The position numbers were made by a program, and so were the translations under genes. This document shows positions 24,858 to 38,380 of a stretch of 64,000 bases of DNA, piece after piece; position 1 is the stretch's first letter; each line of letters opens with the position of its first letter. This DNA is from Mobula hypostoma (taxonomy: Eukaryota): NCBI RefSeq assembly GCF_963921235.1, contig NC_086109.1:1426001-1490000 (forward strand), read 5' to 3'. The notes under the pieces were generated by a model. The model ran no database searches, was not told the origin of the DNA, and saw nothing but the letters and a program-made list of their open reading frames with translations.

Positions 24858-25752
24858 ATAGACAATAGGAGCAGGAGTAGGCTATTCGGCCCTTCGAGCC
24901 AGCATCGCCATTCACTGCAATCATGGCTGATCATCTCCAATCAGTACCCTGTACCTGCTTTCTCCCCATATCGCTTGACTCCGCTATCTTTAAGAGCTTT
25001 ATCTAACTCTCTCGAAAGAATCCAGAGAATTGGCCTCCACTGCCTTCTGAGGCAGAGCAATCCACAGAACCACAACCCTCTGTGTGAAAAAGTTTTTCCT
25101 CAACTCTGTTCTAAATGACTTGCCCCTTATTCTTAAACTGTGGCCTCTGGTTCTGGACTCACCTAACATCGGGAACATGTATCTTGCCTCTAGCGTGTCC
25201 AATCCCTTAATAATCTTATATGTTTCAATCAGATCCCCTCTCCTTCTAAATTCCAGTGTATACAAGCCCAGTCACTCCAATCTTTCAATGTATGACATTC
25301 CCACCATCCCTGGAATTAACCTCATGAACCTACGCTGCACTCCCTCAATAGCAAGAATGTCCTTCCTCAAATTTGGAGACCGAAACTGCACACAATACTC
25401 CAGGTGGGGTCTCACTAGGGCCTTGTACAACTGTAGAAGGACCTCTTTGCTCCTATACTCAACTCCCCTTGTTATGAAGACCAACATGCCATTAGCTTTC
25501 TTCACTGCTTGCTGTACCTGTATGCTTACTTTCAGTGACTGATGAACAAGGATACCTAGATCTCGTTGTACTTCCCCTTTTCCTAACTTGACACCATTCA
25601 GATAGTAATCTGCCTTCCTGTTCTTGCAACCAAAGTGGATAACCTCATTAAACTGCATCTGCCCACTCACCCAACCTGTCCAAGTCACCCTGCATTCTCA
25701 TAACATCCTCCATACATTTCACACTGTCACCCAGCTTTGTGTCATCTGCTTC
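24858..25752 (-). mobile_element. 5'-truncated CR1 nested in the Helitron 5' region
   Basis: ORFs 24999-25265 and 25272-25688 encode the CR1 RT C-terminus. Confidence 0.9.
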
Positions 25753-26468
25753 CGATCTTCTATCAAACATTAGGGTAAAAATATATGGATAGTATAATTA
25801 TGCTGCGTGGAAAGAGAAGGGAGACATTATGGTCAAGAGATGATGCCAGACGTTGTTGGGAAGCGGCAAGGAGGGGGACAGAAGAACAATCGGATGAGGC
25901 CAGGGCCGCACGACTCCAGGATCAAAGAGTCAGGACAAAAAAAAAGATGAGCGAAGACGAGACAAAGGAGGACAGGCATGCACGTCTCCAAAATGACAAC
26001 AATAGGCACAGACGGAGGAGAGAACAAGGTTCCAATCAGGCCAGGGTCCCACGACTCCAGGATCAGAGAGAAAGAACAAATGGTAGAAGAGATGAAGAGA
26101 CGAAGGATGAAAGAGCTGCGCGTCTCCAGAATGACAAAAACAGGCAGAGGAGGAGGAGAGAAGAGACAGGAGAAAAGGAAAGATCAACTTGAGAATATGC
26201 GGCACAGAGTAATTATTGCGAGAGTTGCTGAAGATGACAATGGCCAAATGGTCACTTTGAACGACAATACCTCGACAGAAAGAGCAAGGCACAATGCATG
26301 ACTCGCATGCCATCACATTTCTGCTGATGTTGGTTTGATGACCAGAGTATGCCCTCACTGTCGTGCCTTCCTATTCACTGGAGAAACCGCACATTTCTGC
26401 TGTATGAAGGGAAAGGTCAGGATAGGCAGCATCTACCTAATGAACTCCTCAATTTGTACAGCAATGAT

Positions 26469-29400
26469 TGGGCAGTTGAGGTCAGGTGACCAAACATTTT
26501 GAAAAGCTCGAACAGATAAATAGAGGGACAGCTCAAGCGAAGCGGCCAGTGAGTGAGTGGGCCAGTGAAGGAGTGGAGCTTTGAGGCTTTAACTCGAGAG
26601 GCTTCGATGAGAAGAGGCAGAGGACAAGCTAGCTCGCAGTCAGTTTTTGCAATGTCTCCTGAGACGGTGATGTGCCTCTCATGTGAGATGTGGCAGTCTT
26701 GGGGGAACGCCCCTCTCCCGCAGAGTCACATCTGCCAGAAGTGCATACGGCTGAGCAATCTGGAAGACTGTGTAAGGAATCTGAAGCAGCAGCTGGATGA
26801 CCTTCGACTCATAAGGGAGAATGAGGCAGTCATAGATGAGAGCTACAGGGAGGTAGTCACACCTAGGCTGTCAGAAGCAGGTTGTTGGGTGACAGTCAGA
26901 GGGGGGAAAGTGAAGGTGAGCAGACAGGTAGTGCAGAGCACTCCTGTAGCCATTCCCCTGAATAATAAGTTTACAGTCCTGGATACTGTTGGCGGGGATG
27001 ACCGACCAGGTGTGAGCCACGGTGGCAGGGCCTCCGGCACTGAGTCTGACCCTGTGGTGCAGAAGGGTGGGACGGAGAAGAGGAGAGCTGTCGTCATTGG
27101 AGACTCTATAGTCAGGGGAGCAGACAGGAGATTTTGTGGACGTGAGAAGGACACCCGCATGGTTTGTTGCCTCCCGGGTGCCAGGGTCCGGATGTCTCTG
27201 ACCGGGTGCACGACATCCTGGTACGAGAGGGAAAGCAACCAGGAATCGTGATACATGTTGGGACCAATGACATAGGCAGGAAGAGGGATGAGGTCCTGAA
27301 GTGTGAGTTTCGGGAATTAAGCAAAAGGTTGAAGAACAGGACCTCAAGGGTAACATTCTCAGGATTGCTGCCAGTGCTATGAGACAGAGATGGTAAGAAT
27401 TGGAGGAGATGGCAGTTGAATGCGTGGCTGAGGAGTTGGTGCAGGGAGCAGGGTTTTAGATTTTTAGATGATTGGGATCTCTTCTGGGGAATTTGGGACC
27501 TGTACAGATTGGATGGGTTGCATCTGAACTCGAGGGGGAGCAATATCCTTGCAGGTATGTTTGCTAGCATGGTTCGGGAGGGTTTAAACTAATTTGCGAG
27601 GGGGATGGGACCCAGAGCGATAGAGCAGTGAAAGAAGTGCATGGAGTAAAGCCAGATCTAACATACAGAGAGGCTTTGAGGAAAGAGAAGCAGAATAAAC
27701 GGTGTAAAGACAGGAAGGTAGGAGGGCTGAAATATGTGTACCTCAATGCAAGAAGCATCAGGAACAAAGGTGATGAACTGAGAGCTTGGATACATACATG
27801 GAATTATGATGTAGTGGCCATTACAAGGGCTTGGCTGGCACCAGGGCAGGAATGGATTCTCAATATTCCTGGATTTCAGTGCTTTAAAAGGGATAGAGAG
27901 GGCAGAAAAGGGGGAGGAGTGGTGGCATTACTGGTCAGGAATACTATTACAGCTACAGAAAGGGTGGGTAATGTAGCAGGATCCTCCTTTGAGTCAATAT
28001 GAGTGGAAGTCAGGAACAGGAAGGGAGCAGTTACTCTACTGGGGGTATTCTATAGGCCCCCTGGTAGCAGCAGAGATACAGAGGAGCAGATTGGGAGGCA
28101 GATTTTGGAAAGGTGCAAAAATAACAGGGTTGTTATCATGGGTGACTTTAACTTCCCTAATATTGATTGGCACCCGATTAGTTCCAAGGGTTTAGATGGG
28201 GCAAAGTTTGTTAAGTGTGTCCAGGATGGATTCCTGTCACAGTAGGCGGACAGGCCGACCAGGGGGAATGCCATACTAGATCTAGTACTAGGTAATGAAC
28301 CAGGTCAGGTCGCAGATCTCTCACTGGGTGAGCATCCGGGGGACAGTGACCACCGCTCCCTGACCTTTATAATTATCATGGAAAAGGATAGAATCAAAGA
28401 GGACAGGAAAATTTTTAATTGGGGAAAGGCAAATTATGAGGCTATAAGGCTAGAACTTGCGGATGTGAATTGGGATGATGTTTTTGCAGGGAAATGTACT
28501 ATGGACATGTGGTCGAGGTTTAGAGGTCTCTTGCGGGATGCAAGGTCTCTTCCCGGTGAGGAAGATAAAGAATGGTAGGGTGAAGGAACCATGGGTGACA
28601 AGTGAGGTGGAAAATCTAGTCAGGTGGAAGAAGGCAGCATACATGAGGTTTAAGAAGCAAGGATCAGATGGGTCTATTGAGGAATATAGGGAAGCAAGAA
28701 AGGAGCTTAAGAAGGGGCTGTGAAGAGCAAGAAGGGGGCATGAGAAGGCCTTAGCGAGTAGGGTAAAGGAAAACCCCAAGGCATTCTTCAATTATGTGAA
28801 GAAAAAAAAAAGATGACAGGAGTGAAGTTAGGACCAATTAGAGATAAAGGTGGGAAGATGTGCCTGGAGGCTGTGGAAGTGAGCGAGGTCCTCAATGAAT
28901 ACTTCTCTTCGATATTCACTAATGAGAGGGAACTTGATGATGGTGAGGACAATATGAGTGAGGTTGATGTTCTGGAGCATGTTGATATTAAGGAAGAGGA
29001 GGTGTTGGAGTTGTTAAAATACATTAGGACAGGTAAGTCCCTGGGGCCTGACGGAATATTCCCCAGGCTGCTCCACGAGGCGAGGGAAGAGATTGCTGAG
29101 CCTCTGGCTAGGATCTTTATGTCCTCGTTGTCCACGGGAATGGTACCAGAGGATTGGAGGGAGGCGAATGTTGTTCCCTTGTTCAAAAAAGGTAGTAGGG
29201 ATAGTCCGGGTAATTATAGACCAGTGAGCCTTACATCTCTGGTGGGAAAGCTGTTGGAAAAGATTCTTAGAGATAGGATCTATAGGCATTTAGAGAATCA
29301 TGGTCTGATCAGGGATAGTCAGCACGGCTTTGTGAAGGGCAGATCGTGTCTAACAAGCCTGATAGAGTTCTTTGAGGGGGTAACCAGGCATATAGATGAG

Positions 29401-30579
29401 GGTAGTGCAGTGGATGTGATCTATATAGATTTTAGTAAGGCATTTGACAAGGTTCCACACGGTAGGCTTATTCAGAAAGTTAGAAGGCATGGGATCCAGG
29501 GAAGTTTGGCCAGGTGGATTCAGAATTGGCTTGCCTGCAGAAGGCAGAGGGTGGTGGTGGAGGGAGCACATTCAGATTGGAGGATTGTGATTAGTGGTGT
29601 CCCACAAGGATCTGTTCTGGGACCTCTACTTTTCATGATTTTTATTAACGACCTGGACGTGGGGGTAGAAGGGTGGGTTGGCAAGTTTGCAGATGACACA
29701 AAGGTCGGTGGTGTTGTAGATAGTGTAGAGGATTGTCAAAGATTGCAGAGAGACATTGATAGGATGCAGAAGTGGGCTGAGAAGTGGCAGATGGAGTTCA
29801 ACCCGGAGAAGTGTGAGGTGGTACACTTTGGAAGGACAAACTCCAAGGCAGAGTACAAAGTAAATGGCAGGATACTTGGTAGTGTGGAGGAGCAGAGGGA
29901 TCTCGGGGTGCATGTCCACAGATCCCTAAAAGTTGCCTCACAGGTGGATAGGGTAGTTAAGAAAGCTTATGGGGTGTTATCTTTCCTAAGTCGAGGGATA
30001 GAGTTTAAGAGTCACAATGTAATGATGCAGCTCTATAAAACTCTGGTTAGGCCACACTTGGAATACTGTGTCCAGTTCTGGTCACCTCACTATAGGAAGG
30101 ATGTGGAAGCATTGGAAAGGGTACAGAGGAGATTTACCAGGATGCTGCCTGGTTTAGAGAGTATGCATTATGATCATAGATTAAAGGAGCTAGGGCTTTA
30201 CTCTTCAGAGAGGAGGATGAGAGGAGACATGATAGAGGTGTACAAGATAATAAGAGGAATAGATAGAGTGGATAGCCAGCACCTCTTCCCCAGGGCACCA
30301 CTGCTCAATACAAGAGGACATGGCTTTAAAGTAAGGGGTGGAAAGTTCAAGGGGGATATTAGAGGAAGGTATTTTACTCAGAGAGTGGTTGGTGCATGGA
30401 ATGCACTGCCTGAGTCAGTGGTGGAGGCAGATACACTAGTGAAGTTTAAGAGACTACTAGACAGGTATATGGAGGAATCTAAGGTGGGGGCTTATATGGG
30501 AGGCAGGGTTTGAGAGTTGGCACAACATTGTGGGCCGAAGGGCCTGTACTGTGCTGTACTATTCTATATTCTATGGTCT
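26469..30579 (+). mobile_element. Full-length CR1 LINE (4.1 kb, third subfamily) with a 6-bp TSD, nested in the Helitron
   Basis: AATGAT at 26463-26468 and 30580-30585; ORF1 from ATG 26652 (zinc finger + GDS esterase) to TAA 27590-27592; 566-aa RT ORF 28813-30513; excision restores the Helitron frame YSNDEPIANEFRKNI. Confidence 0.96.
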
Positions 30580-30695
30580 AATGATGAACCTATTGCAAAC
30601 GAGTTCAGGAAGAACATCAGACAATACAATTGCCTCTTCCAAATGACATCCTTTGGTGCCAAAGTCATTCCAACTAGGAATTGATGGAATCCTTC

Positions 30696-31630
30696 TGTCA
30701 CAATGGTGGGGCACTGGGAGCAAGGGTGGACCCAAATGCAAGACACATCTTGTGAGGTTACTTAGATTTAGTTTATTGTTCGATACCAGGAAAGCAAGGC
30801 AGGAGCAGGAAATAGCGAACTGGATAAGGACTCAGGTCTGGGCTTGGACTCAGAATCAGCTCCCAGAACTAGAGGAAATATGAAGAGGCTAGGGTGTGGA
30901 CTCCAAGCCCGAGACTGGGCAAGGACCCAGTACCTGGGTCTTGCCTCAGGCTCAGACCCCAGAACCAGACATGGGCATGACATGGGCTAGGGAGAGGAGG
31001 AACATGAAAAACAGCCTCAGTCTCAGAAGAGCAGGTACATAGAACCATGGACACATACACAGAACACAGAGTCAGGACCCCTCTTTGGGTACAGGACATA
31101 GGGCCGGGACTCATGATCCTCCACAGTGCAACGGCAAGACGGCCTGACTTACCCCACGGAGGCGAGGACAAGACAAGACAAGACCAACACGAAAGAACAC
31201 CAGACAGTACCTATCTAGCTCCGGTGATGGAACTAGACCAAAGTGCAGGCAGGGGCTGTAGATGAGGGCTAGAGGCAAGAGGGACAGAAAAGGGTTTCAG
31301 ACAAGGGGGTAGGGCAGGAATAACACGCCGCCGGGGCCAGGACGCGGACGTGGCACTTGGACGCCGCCGGGGCCAGGACGCGGAGCTTGGTTTCTCCGGG
31401 TAGTGGCGAGCTCTCGACTCGGCCCGGGAACAGTAGACAGTGGCTCTTGATTCTCTCTGGCGGATTAACTGACGGACCCACCTCGGTGAGGAAACTTTAC
31501 AGGCTCGCTTCGGCGAGGTAACTGGACAGGATTGCTCCAGTGAGGAGAGGCGAATTACCGGCACTCGCTTCGGCAGAGACTAGGCTTGCTCCGGTCAGAT
31601 ACCATTGACACACCAAGACTTCACAGATAC
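30696..31630 (-). mobile_element. Truncated LTR of the same family as 40131-41266
   Basis: Starts tgtcacaatgg; reverse complement of the 3' part of the 40131-41266 LTR. Confidence 0.8.
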
Positions 31631-32407
31631 TCCCACACCGAACGGAGCATACAGGGTTAATGGTAAGGCACTGAGGAGTACAGTGGAACAGAGGGATCTG
31701 GGAATACAGATACAAAATTCCCTAAAAGTGGCGTCACAGGTAGATAGGGTCGTAAAGAGAGCTTTTGGTACATTGGCCTTTATTAATCAAAGTTTTGAGT
31801 ATAAGAGCTGGAATGTTATGATGAGGTTGTATAAGGCATTGGTGAGGCCGAATCTGGAATATTGTGTTCAGTTTTGGTCACCAAATTACAGAAGGATATA
31901 AATAAGGTTGAAAGAGTGCAGAGAAGGTTTACAAGGATGTTGCCTGGACTTGAGAAACTGAGTTACAGAGAAAGGTTGAATAGGATTTAATAGATTAGGA
32001 CTTTATTCCCTGAGCGTAGAAGAATGAGGGGAGATTTGATAGAGGTATATAAAATTATGACGTGTATAGATAGAATGAATGCAAGCAGGCTTTTTCCACT
32101 GAGGCAAGGGGAGAAAAAAAAACCAGAGGACATGGGTTAAGGGTGAAGGGGGAAACGTTTAAAGGGAACATTAGGGAGGGCTTCTTCACACAGAGAGTGG
32201 TGGGAGTGTGGAATGAGCTGCCAGACGAGGTGGTAAATGCGGGTTCTTTTTTAACATTTAAGAATAAATTGGACAGATTCATGGATGGGAGGTCTATTGA
32301 GGGATATGGTTCGTGTGCAGGTCAGTGGGAGTAGGCAGAAAATGGTTCAGCACAGACAAGAAGGGCCAAAAGGCCTGTTTCTGTGCTGTAGTGTTTCTAT
32401 GGTTTCT
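31630..32407 (+). mobile_element. 5'-truncated CR1 nested in the Helitron
   Basis: ORFs 31605-31901 and 32143-32334; tail gtttctatggtttcta abuts Helitron IEYQKRG. Confidence 0.9.
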
Positions 32408-35256
32408 AAGTATCGAATACCAAAAGCGGGGTCTGCCTCATTTGCACTGTCTGCCGTGGCTCGATGAGGCATCCAAGCCAAGACCACAAGAATATGATAA
32501 ATTCGTTCAAGCAGTAATACCAGACCCAAATGAAGATCCCGAGCTGCATGAATTAGTATTGAAGCACATGATACATGGTCCGTATTGCACCACTAAATCA
32601 CCGTGTTGGCAAAATGGTAGATGCAGTAAGAGGTACACGAAGCCATTTATTGAGCGTACAAGGTGTGGGGATGATTCATATCCGGTGTATAGAAGACAGT
32701 CTGTAAAAGGGAGGATTCGAAGGTCATCGCGTAGGACGACAAAGTCGAACTATAACTTCTGAAAGGGTGGTCCCCTATAATGCCCAACTAATAAAATTTT
32801 TCAATTGTCATCTAATGTAGAAATATGCTCATCTGTCAACTCCTTCAGATACGTGATCAAATATACCATGAAGGGGCGTCATCGGGCAATTTTTGGAGTG
32901 AATAGAGAAGACGAAATCACACAGTATTTGACAGGCAGATACATTGGGTACTCTGAAGCTGTCGGATTGATACTGGATTTGCAATTCACGAGCGGGAATC
33001 AGCCGTTGTTCTCCTTCAAGTTCACCTTCCCCAACAGCATCAAGTGGTCTTTCGAGATAATGTTGCTGTACAACTGAGTAATGACATGTCAAGAACCACT
33101 TTAACGGAATTCATGGATCTTTGCACTCGCGATGCATTTGCAAGAACCCTGTACTATGCGGATATTCCCAGATTCTACACGCGGACTAATAGGAGATGGG
33201 AAAGAAGGAGAATGGGGAAAAGAGTGGAGGAGTACTCCGGCATTTTTGAAGCAAATGTTCTGGGTCGAAGTGGTGACCTCTACTATATGAGACTTCTTCT
33301 CCATCACACAAAGGGACCAGTGTCTTTCCAATCATTGAAAACACATGATGGAGATATCTCTCCATCATTTAAAGACGTCTGCAGAGAGAGAGGATTGTTG
33401 CAAGCTGCCGATCATTGGCAGCAAGCTATGAAAGAGGCTGAGAGAACAAGAATGCCCAGAGCAATGAGAGATTTGTTTGTCGTTTCAGTGCTAACAAACA
33501 CTGAAATCAACAATCCACAGCAATTATGGAACCGGTTCAAGAATGCAATATCTGAAGATTTCTTACAAATAGAGAGGAGAACCATCAATGATCCTAATAT
33601 GATGATCGATGAGAGGCATTATGGACAAACTCTTCTGTATTTACGAGAGAAACTTGAGAACTTGGGCAAAACACTTGAAGAATATAACTTGCCAACTCCA
33701 AGAAACGGTACAATTACTCAAAGCGCTGGCAATCTGGAATTATTGCGTGAACTGCAATACAACAGAGACGAACAGCAGGAATTTGTTTCACAGAAGGAGC
33801 CCCTATTGAATAATGAGCAAAGAGAAGTATATGAATATGTGTGTGACTGCTTGGAAAGGGATCTCTCTTCAATGATTTTCATTGATGCACCAGGAGGAAC
33901 GGGCAAGACATTTATCATCAACTTGATCCTCACTAAAGTTAGGGGAGATGGTGGAGTTGCTGTCGCTGTAGCATCATCAGGTATTGCAGCAACATTGATG
34001 CCTGGTGGTTAGACAGCGCATTCAAGATTCAAGATACCCTTCAAAGTCAATGAAGATGCCCTTTGTAACGTCGATAAAAACATCAATACTGCAATTTACT
34101 CCAAAATGCGAGGCTTATTGTCTGGAATGAGTGCCCCATGGTTAGGCGGGAGAGCTTTGAAGCCGTGGTCCGCACTCTTCGTGATGTATGTGGCAAGAAT
34201 GAGGCCTTTGGGGGTATTTTAACTTCTAGCAGTTGTGAAACGCGGAAATGATGCTGATGTGGAGAATTCATCCATTAAAAAATCGTACTTATGGAGAAGA
34301 TTCGTCAAGTTTCAATTGAAGAGAAACATGCGATTGGGTGAGGGAGAAGGACGATATTCTCAGTTCTTATTGGATGTTGGAGAAGACAAGATTGAGAAAA
34401 ATGAAAACAATGAAATCGAATTAGCTGAAGATATGATTATGCCAGCAACAACTATGGAAGAATGCATTGATCTCACCTACCCGACATTCGACAATCCTGC
34501 AGAACTCTTCTCGAGCAATTCTATCTTGGTTCCTCTTAATGAAATGATGCGAAAAATAAACTTCACATGCATTAGGCGCTTCCCTGGAATCATGAAAGAA
34601 TACTGCTCCTTCAATGACGTAAGTGAAGGAGCTAACGCCACTCATTTTCCTACAGAATTCCTTGATTCCGTCGAACTCTCTGGATTGCCACCACATAAAC
34701 TGGAATTGAAGAGGGGATCTCCCATCATTTCAGTGAGGAACTTGGATCCACCAAAGCTTTGCAATGGAACACGAATGACGTTGGAAGAACTGCACGACAA
34801 TCTCATCGTAGCAAAGATACACATTGGTGCGTTCAAAACTGACATTTTCATGATCCCAAGAATTACTCTCAGTTTATCGGAAGGGGAAGATGTCCCTCTT
34901 CAGCAGAGCCAGTTCCCGATACAGTCATGCTTTGCTATGACTATACGTAAGGCACAAGGCCACACCACGGAGAATGTGTTGATTTATTTGGAGAAACCGG
35001 TACTGTACTTCAGCATGGTCAGCTGTATGTGGCTATAACCGGGGGGGAAAGAAATGAAAACGTTAGAGTATTCCTGAAGAGTGGCAGATCAACCAGAAAT
35101 GTGGTCACAAAAAGTGTCCTTCATTAAACGAGGAGGACCAATATTTGTCTTGCTACACGTCTTTCTTCTTTAATACACTGAGTTTTTCTTTAATTTCCAA
35201 AGCACATCCCATCACAGTGCACTACCTTTCTCTCAACGGATCACCCGGTTGTCTAG

Positions 35257-35360
35257 TACCCTCTACGTCTTTGGAATGTAGGAGGAAACCGTCGCACGTG
35301 GGGAAAACCGACGCATTCGACGAGGAGTGACGGTGACAATGTAAATTCGTTGCAGCTCTG
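35257..35360 (-). mobile_element. V-SINE right half (continuation of 24350-24467)
   Basis: tacgtctttggaatgtaggaggaaaccg is the antisense V-SINE core. Confidence 0.75.
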
Positions 35361-35379
35361 AGATATTTCAAAGGAAAGA

Positions 35380-36660
35380 TTAACCATATAGCCATATAAC
35401 AATTACAGTACGGAAACAGGCCATCTCGGCCTTTCTAGTCCATGCCGAACTCTTACCCTATCCTAGTCCCACCGACCTGCACTCAGCCCATAACCCTCCA
35501 TTCCTCTCCTGTCCATATATCTATCCAATTTAACTTTAAATGACAACATCGAACCTGCCTCAACCACTTCTGCTGGAAGCTTGTTCCACACAGCTACCAC
35601 TCTCTGAGTAAAGAAGTTCCCCCTCATGTTACCCCTAAACTTTTGTCCTCTAATTCTCAACCCATGCCCTCTTGTTTGAATCTTCCCCACTCTCAATGGA
35701 AAATGTCTAACCACGTCAACTCTATCAATCCCCCTCGTAATTTTAAATACCTCTATCAAGTTTCCCCCTCAACCTTCTACGCTCCGAAGAATAAAGACCC
35801 AACTTGTTCAGCCTTTCTCTGTAACTTAGGAGATGAAACCCAGGCAACATTTTAGTAAACCTCCTCTGTACTCTTTCAATTTTATTGACATCTTTCCTAT
35901 AATTCGGTGACCAGAACTGTACACAGTACTCCAAATTTGGCCTTACCAATGCCCTATACAATTTCAACATTACATCCCAACTCCTATACTCAATGCCCTG
36001 ATTAATAAAGGCCAGCATACCAAAAACTTTCTTCACCACCCTATCCACATGAGATTCCACCTTCAGGGAACTATGCACCATTATTCCTAGATCCCTCTGT
36101 TCTACAGCATTCTTCAATGCCCTACCATTTACCATGTATGTCCTATTTTGATTAGTCCTACCAAAATGTAGCACCTCACATTTATCAGCATTAAACTCCA
36201 TCTGCCATCTTTCAGCCCACTCTTCTAACTGGCCTAAATCTCTCTGCAAGCTTTGAAAACCTTCCTCATTATCCACAACGCCACCTATCTTAGTATCATC
36301 TGCATACTTACTAATCCAATTTACCACCCCATCATCCAGATCATTAATATATATGATAAACAACACTGGACCCAGTACAGATCCCTGAGGCACACCGCTA
36401 CACACCGTCCTCCAATCTGACACACAGTTATCCACCACTACTCTCTGGCGTCTCCCATCCAACCACTGCTGAATCCATTTTACTACTTCCGTATTAATGG
36501 CTAACGATTGAACCTTCCTAACTAACCTTCGGTGTGGAACCTTGTCAAACTGAAGTCCATATAGACAACATCCACTGTTTTACCCTCGTCAACCTTCTTA
36601 GTAACCTCATCAAAAACTTCAATAAGATTTGTCAAACATGACCTTCCACGCTCAAATCCA
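35380..36660 (-). mobile_element. 5'-truncated CR1 (ORF2 family of the 1-3523 copy)
   Basis: ORFs 35743-36462 and 35463-35759. Confidence 0.93.
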
Positions 36661-36759
36661 CCATAGAAAATGGTGGAAAATGGTTTATTATTTAGAAAAT
36701 GTATGGATTATATTCACGAATCCATAGTTAATTAAAAGTTATTTCACAATTACATCAAT

Positions 36760-37320
36760 ATAGAAACATAGAAACACGGAAAACATACAGCACAATATAG
36801 CCCTTTTGGCCCACAAAGCTGTGCCGAACACCTGCCTACCTTAGAACTACCTAGGCTTTACCCATAGCCCTCTATTCTTCTAAGCTCCATGTACCAGGAG
36901 TCTCTGAAAAGACCCTATTGATTCCGCCTCCACTAACGCCTCCGGCAGCCCATTCCACACACTCACCACTCTCTGCATCAAAACTTACCCCTGACATCTC
37001 CTCTGTGCCTACTTCCAAGCACCTTAAAACTATGCTCTCTCGTGCTAACCATTTCAACCCTGGGGAAATGCCTCTGACTATCCACACAATTAAAGCCTCT
37101 CATTATCTTGTACACCTCTATCGAGTCGGCTCTTATCCTCCGTCGCACCAAGGAGAAAAGGCCGAGTTCACTCAACCTTTTCTCATAAGGCATGCTCCCC
37201 AATCCAGGCAACATCCTTGTAAATCTCCTCTGCACCCTTTCTATGGTTTCCACGTCCTTCCTATAGTGAGGCGACCAGAATTGAGCACAGTAATCCAAGT
37301 GGGGTCTGACCAGGGTCCTA
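36760..37320 (-). mobile_element. CR1 3' fragment (family of 3524-4673)
   Basis: ORF 36978-37298; antisense tail tagaaacatagaaac. Confidence 0.9.
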
Positions 37321-38380
37321 TATCATCATCAACATCATCAGGTGCTGTGCCCAGTTTCAGCTTTGCCATGGCCCACACACTCCTGTTTCGGGTCAAGTGG
37401 ATCAATTCATTGGAATTCATTTCCAGTTCTCTGGATGCTGTCTCCATCATCATTTGTCTTTGTCTTCCTCTTGCTTTCTTCCCCTCAATCTTTCTCATAA
37501 TTACCGTGCATTCTAACTCCTCTTTCCCAATCACATGTCCAATGAAGTTACGTTGCCTTTTCATGATCTATACATTATTTCTCTTTTTGTGTTTGCTCTG
37601 TTCATGAAATCCTCGTTAGATAGTCGTTTCGTCTATGATATTCTTTGCATCCTCTTCACAAACCACATCTGTGTTGCTTCAATTCGTTTCCTCATGTTAC
37701 TAGATATTGTCCAACATTCTGAGCCATATAACATAACTGGATAAACGTTTCAGTACTCTGAGGCGGGTTGTCATGCCTAGTTTAGTATTGGTCAGTATAC
37801 TCTTCATTCTCATAAAGGTGTTTTTTGCCATCCCTATTCTTCTTTTGATGTCCATGTCACACCTGCCATCTGATGTCACCCAGTTTCCTAAGTAGCAAAA
37901 GTTCTTTACTTGTTTTATGTCTTCCCCGTTCATTCCCAGTCTGCAGATAGGATTCTCCTTCTTTCTGGATATCATCATACATTCTGTCTTTTTGCAATTG
38001 ATAGATAGACCCATTTTTGCACTTTCTTCAACAATTATATCAATTAAGTTTTGTAGTTCTTCCTCCATACTTGTAACTAACACAGTCTCATCTGCATATC
38101 TGATATTAATGATGTTTTCACCGCCAACTTTGATTCCCAAGATGTCTCTTATTTTTTGTAATATTGTTTCACTGTACACATTAAATAAATCAGGGGAGAA
38201 AACACACCCTTGTCTAACGCCTCTCTTGATTTTTGTAAACTGATTCACTTCTTCATCTATTCTTACAGCGGCAGTTTGTTCCCAGTACAGATTTCTGATT
38301 AGGAGAAGGTCTCTCGAATCTAGATCTTGAGTTTTCTGTAATATTTCAAATAAGTTACTGTGCTTCACTTTATCAAATAC
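37321..38380 (-). mobile_element. RTE-clade LINE, 3' fragment
   Basis: RGVRQGCVFSPDLFNVY, NIRYAD, FCYLGNWVTSDGRC, KIEGKKARGRQR; (gat)n tail at 37321-37340. Confidence 0.9.

Larger units (their letters stand above)
24468..35256 (+). mobile_element. Helitron (Rep-PIF1 helicase), frameshifted, internally deleted, with four nested insertions
   Basis: 5' A|TC at 24468; charged ETxExRxARL-type repeats (25785-26192); CPHC...CC knuckle near 26350-26410; YNCLFQMTSFGA (about 30590-30660); Rep motifs EYQKRGLPHLH and YVIKY (32410-32880); Walker A APGGTGKT (33886-33910); 3' hairpin caacgg...ccggttg then CTAG|T at 35253-35257. Confidence 0.95.

Noticed and set aside
25785-26358. Highly charged R/E/D-rich ORFs as a novel coiled-coil protein
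   Set aside because: They are the repetitive N-terminus of the Helitron RepHel ORF and its alternative frames.
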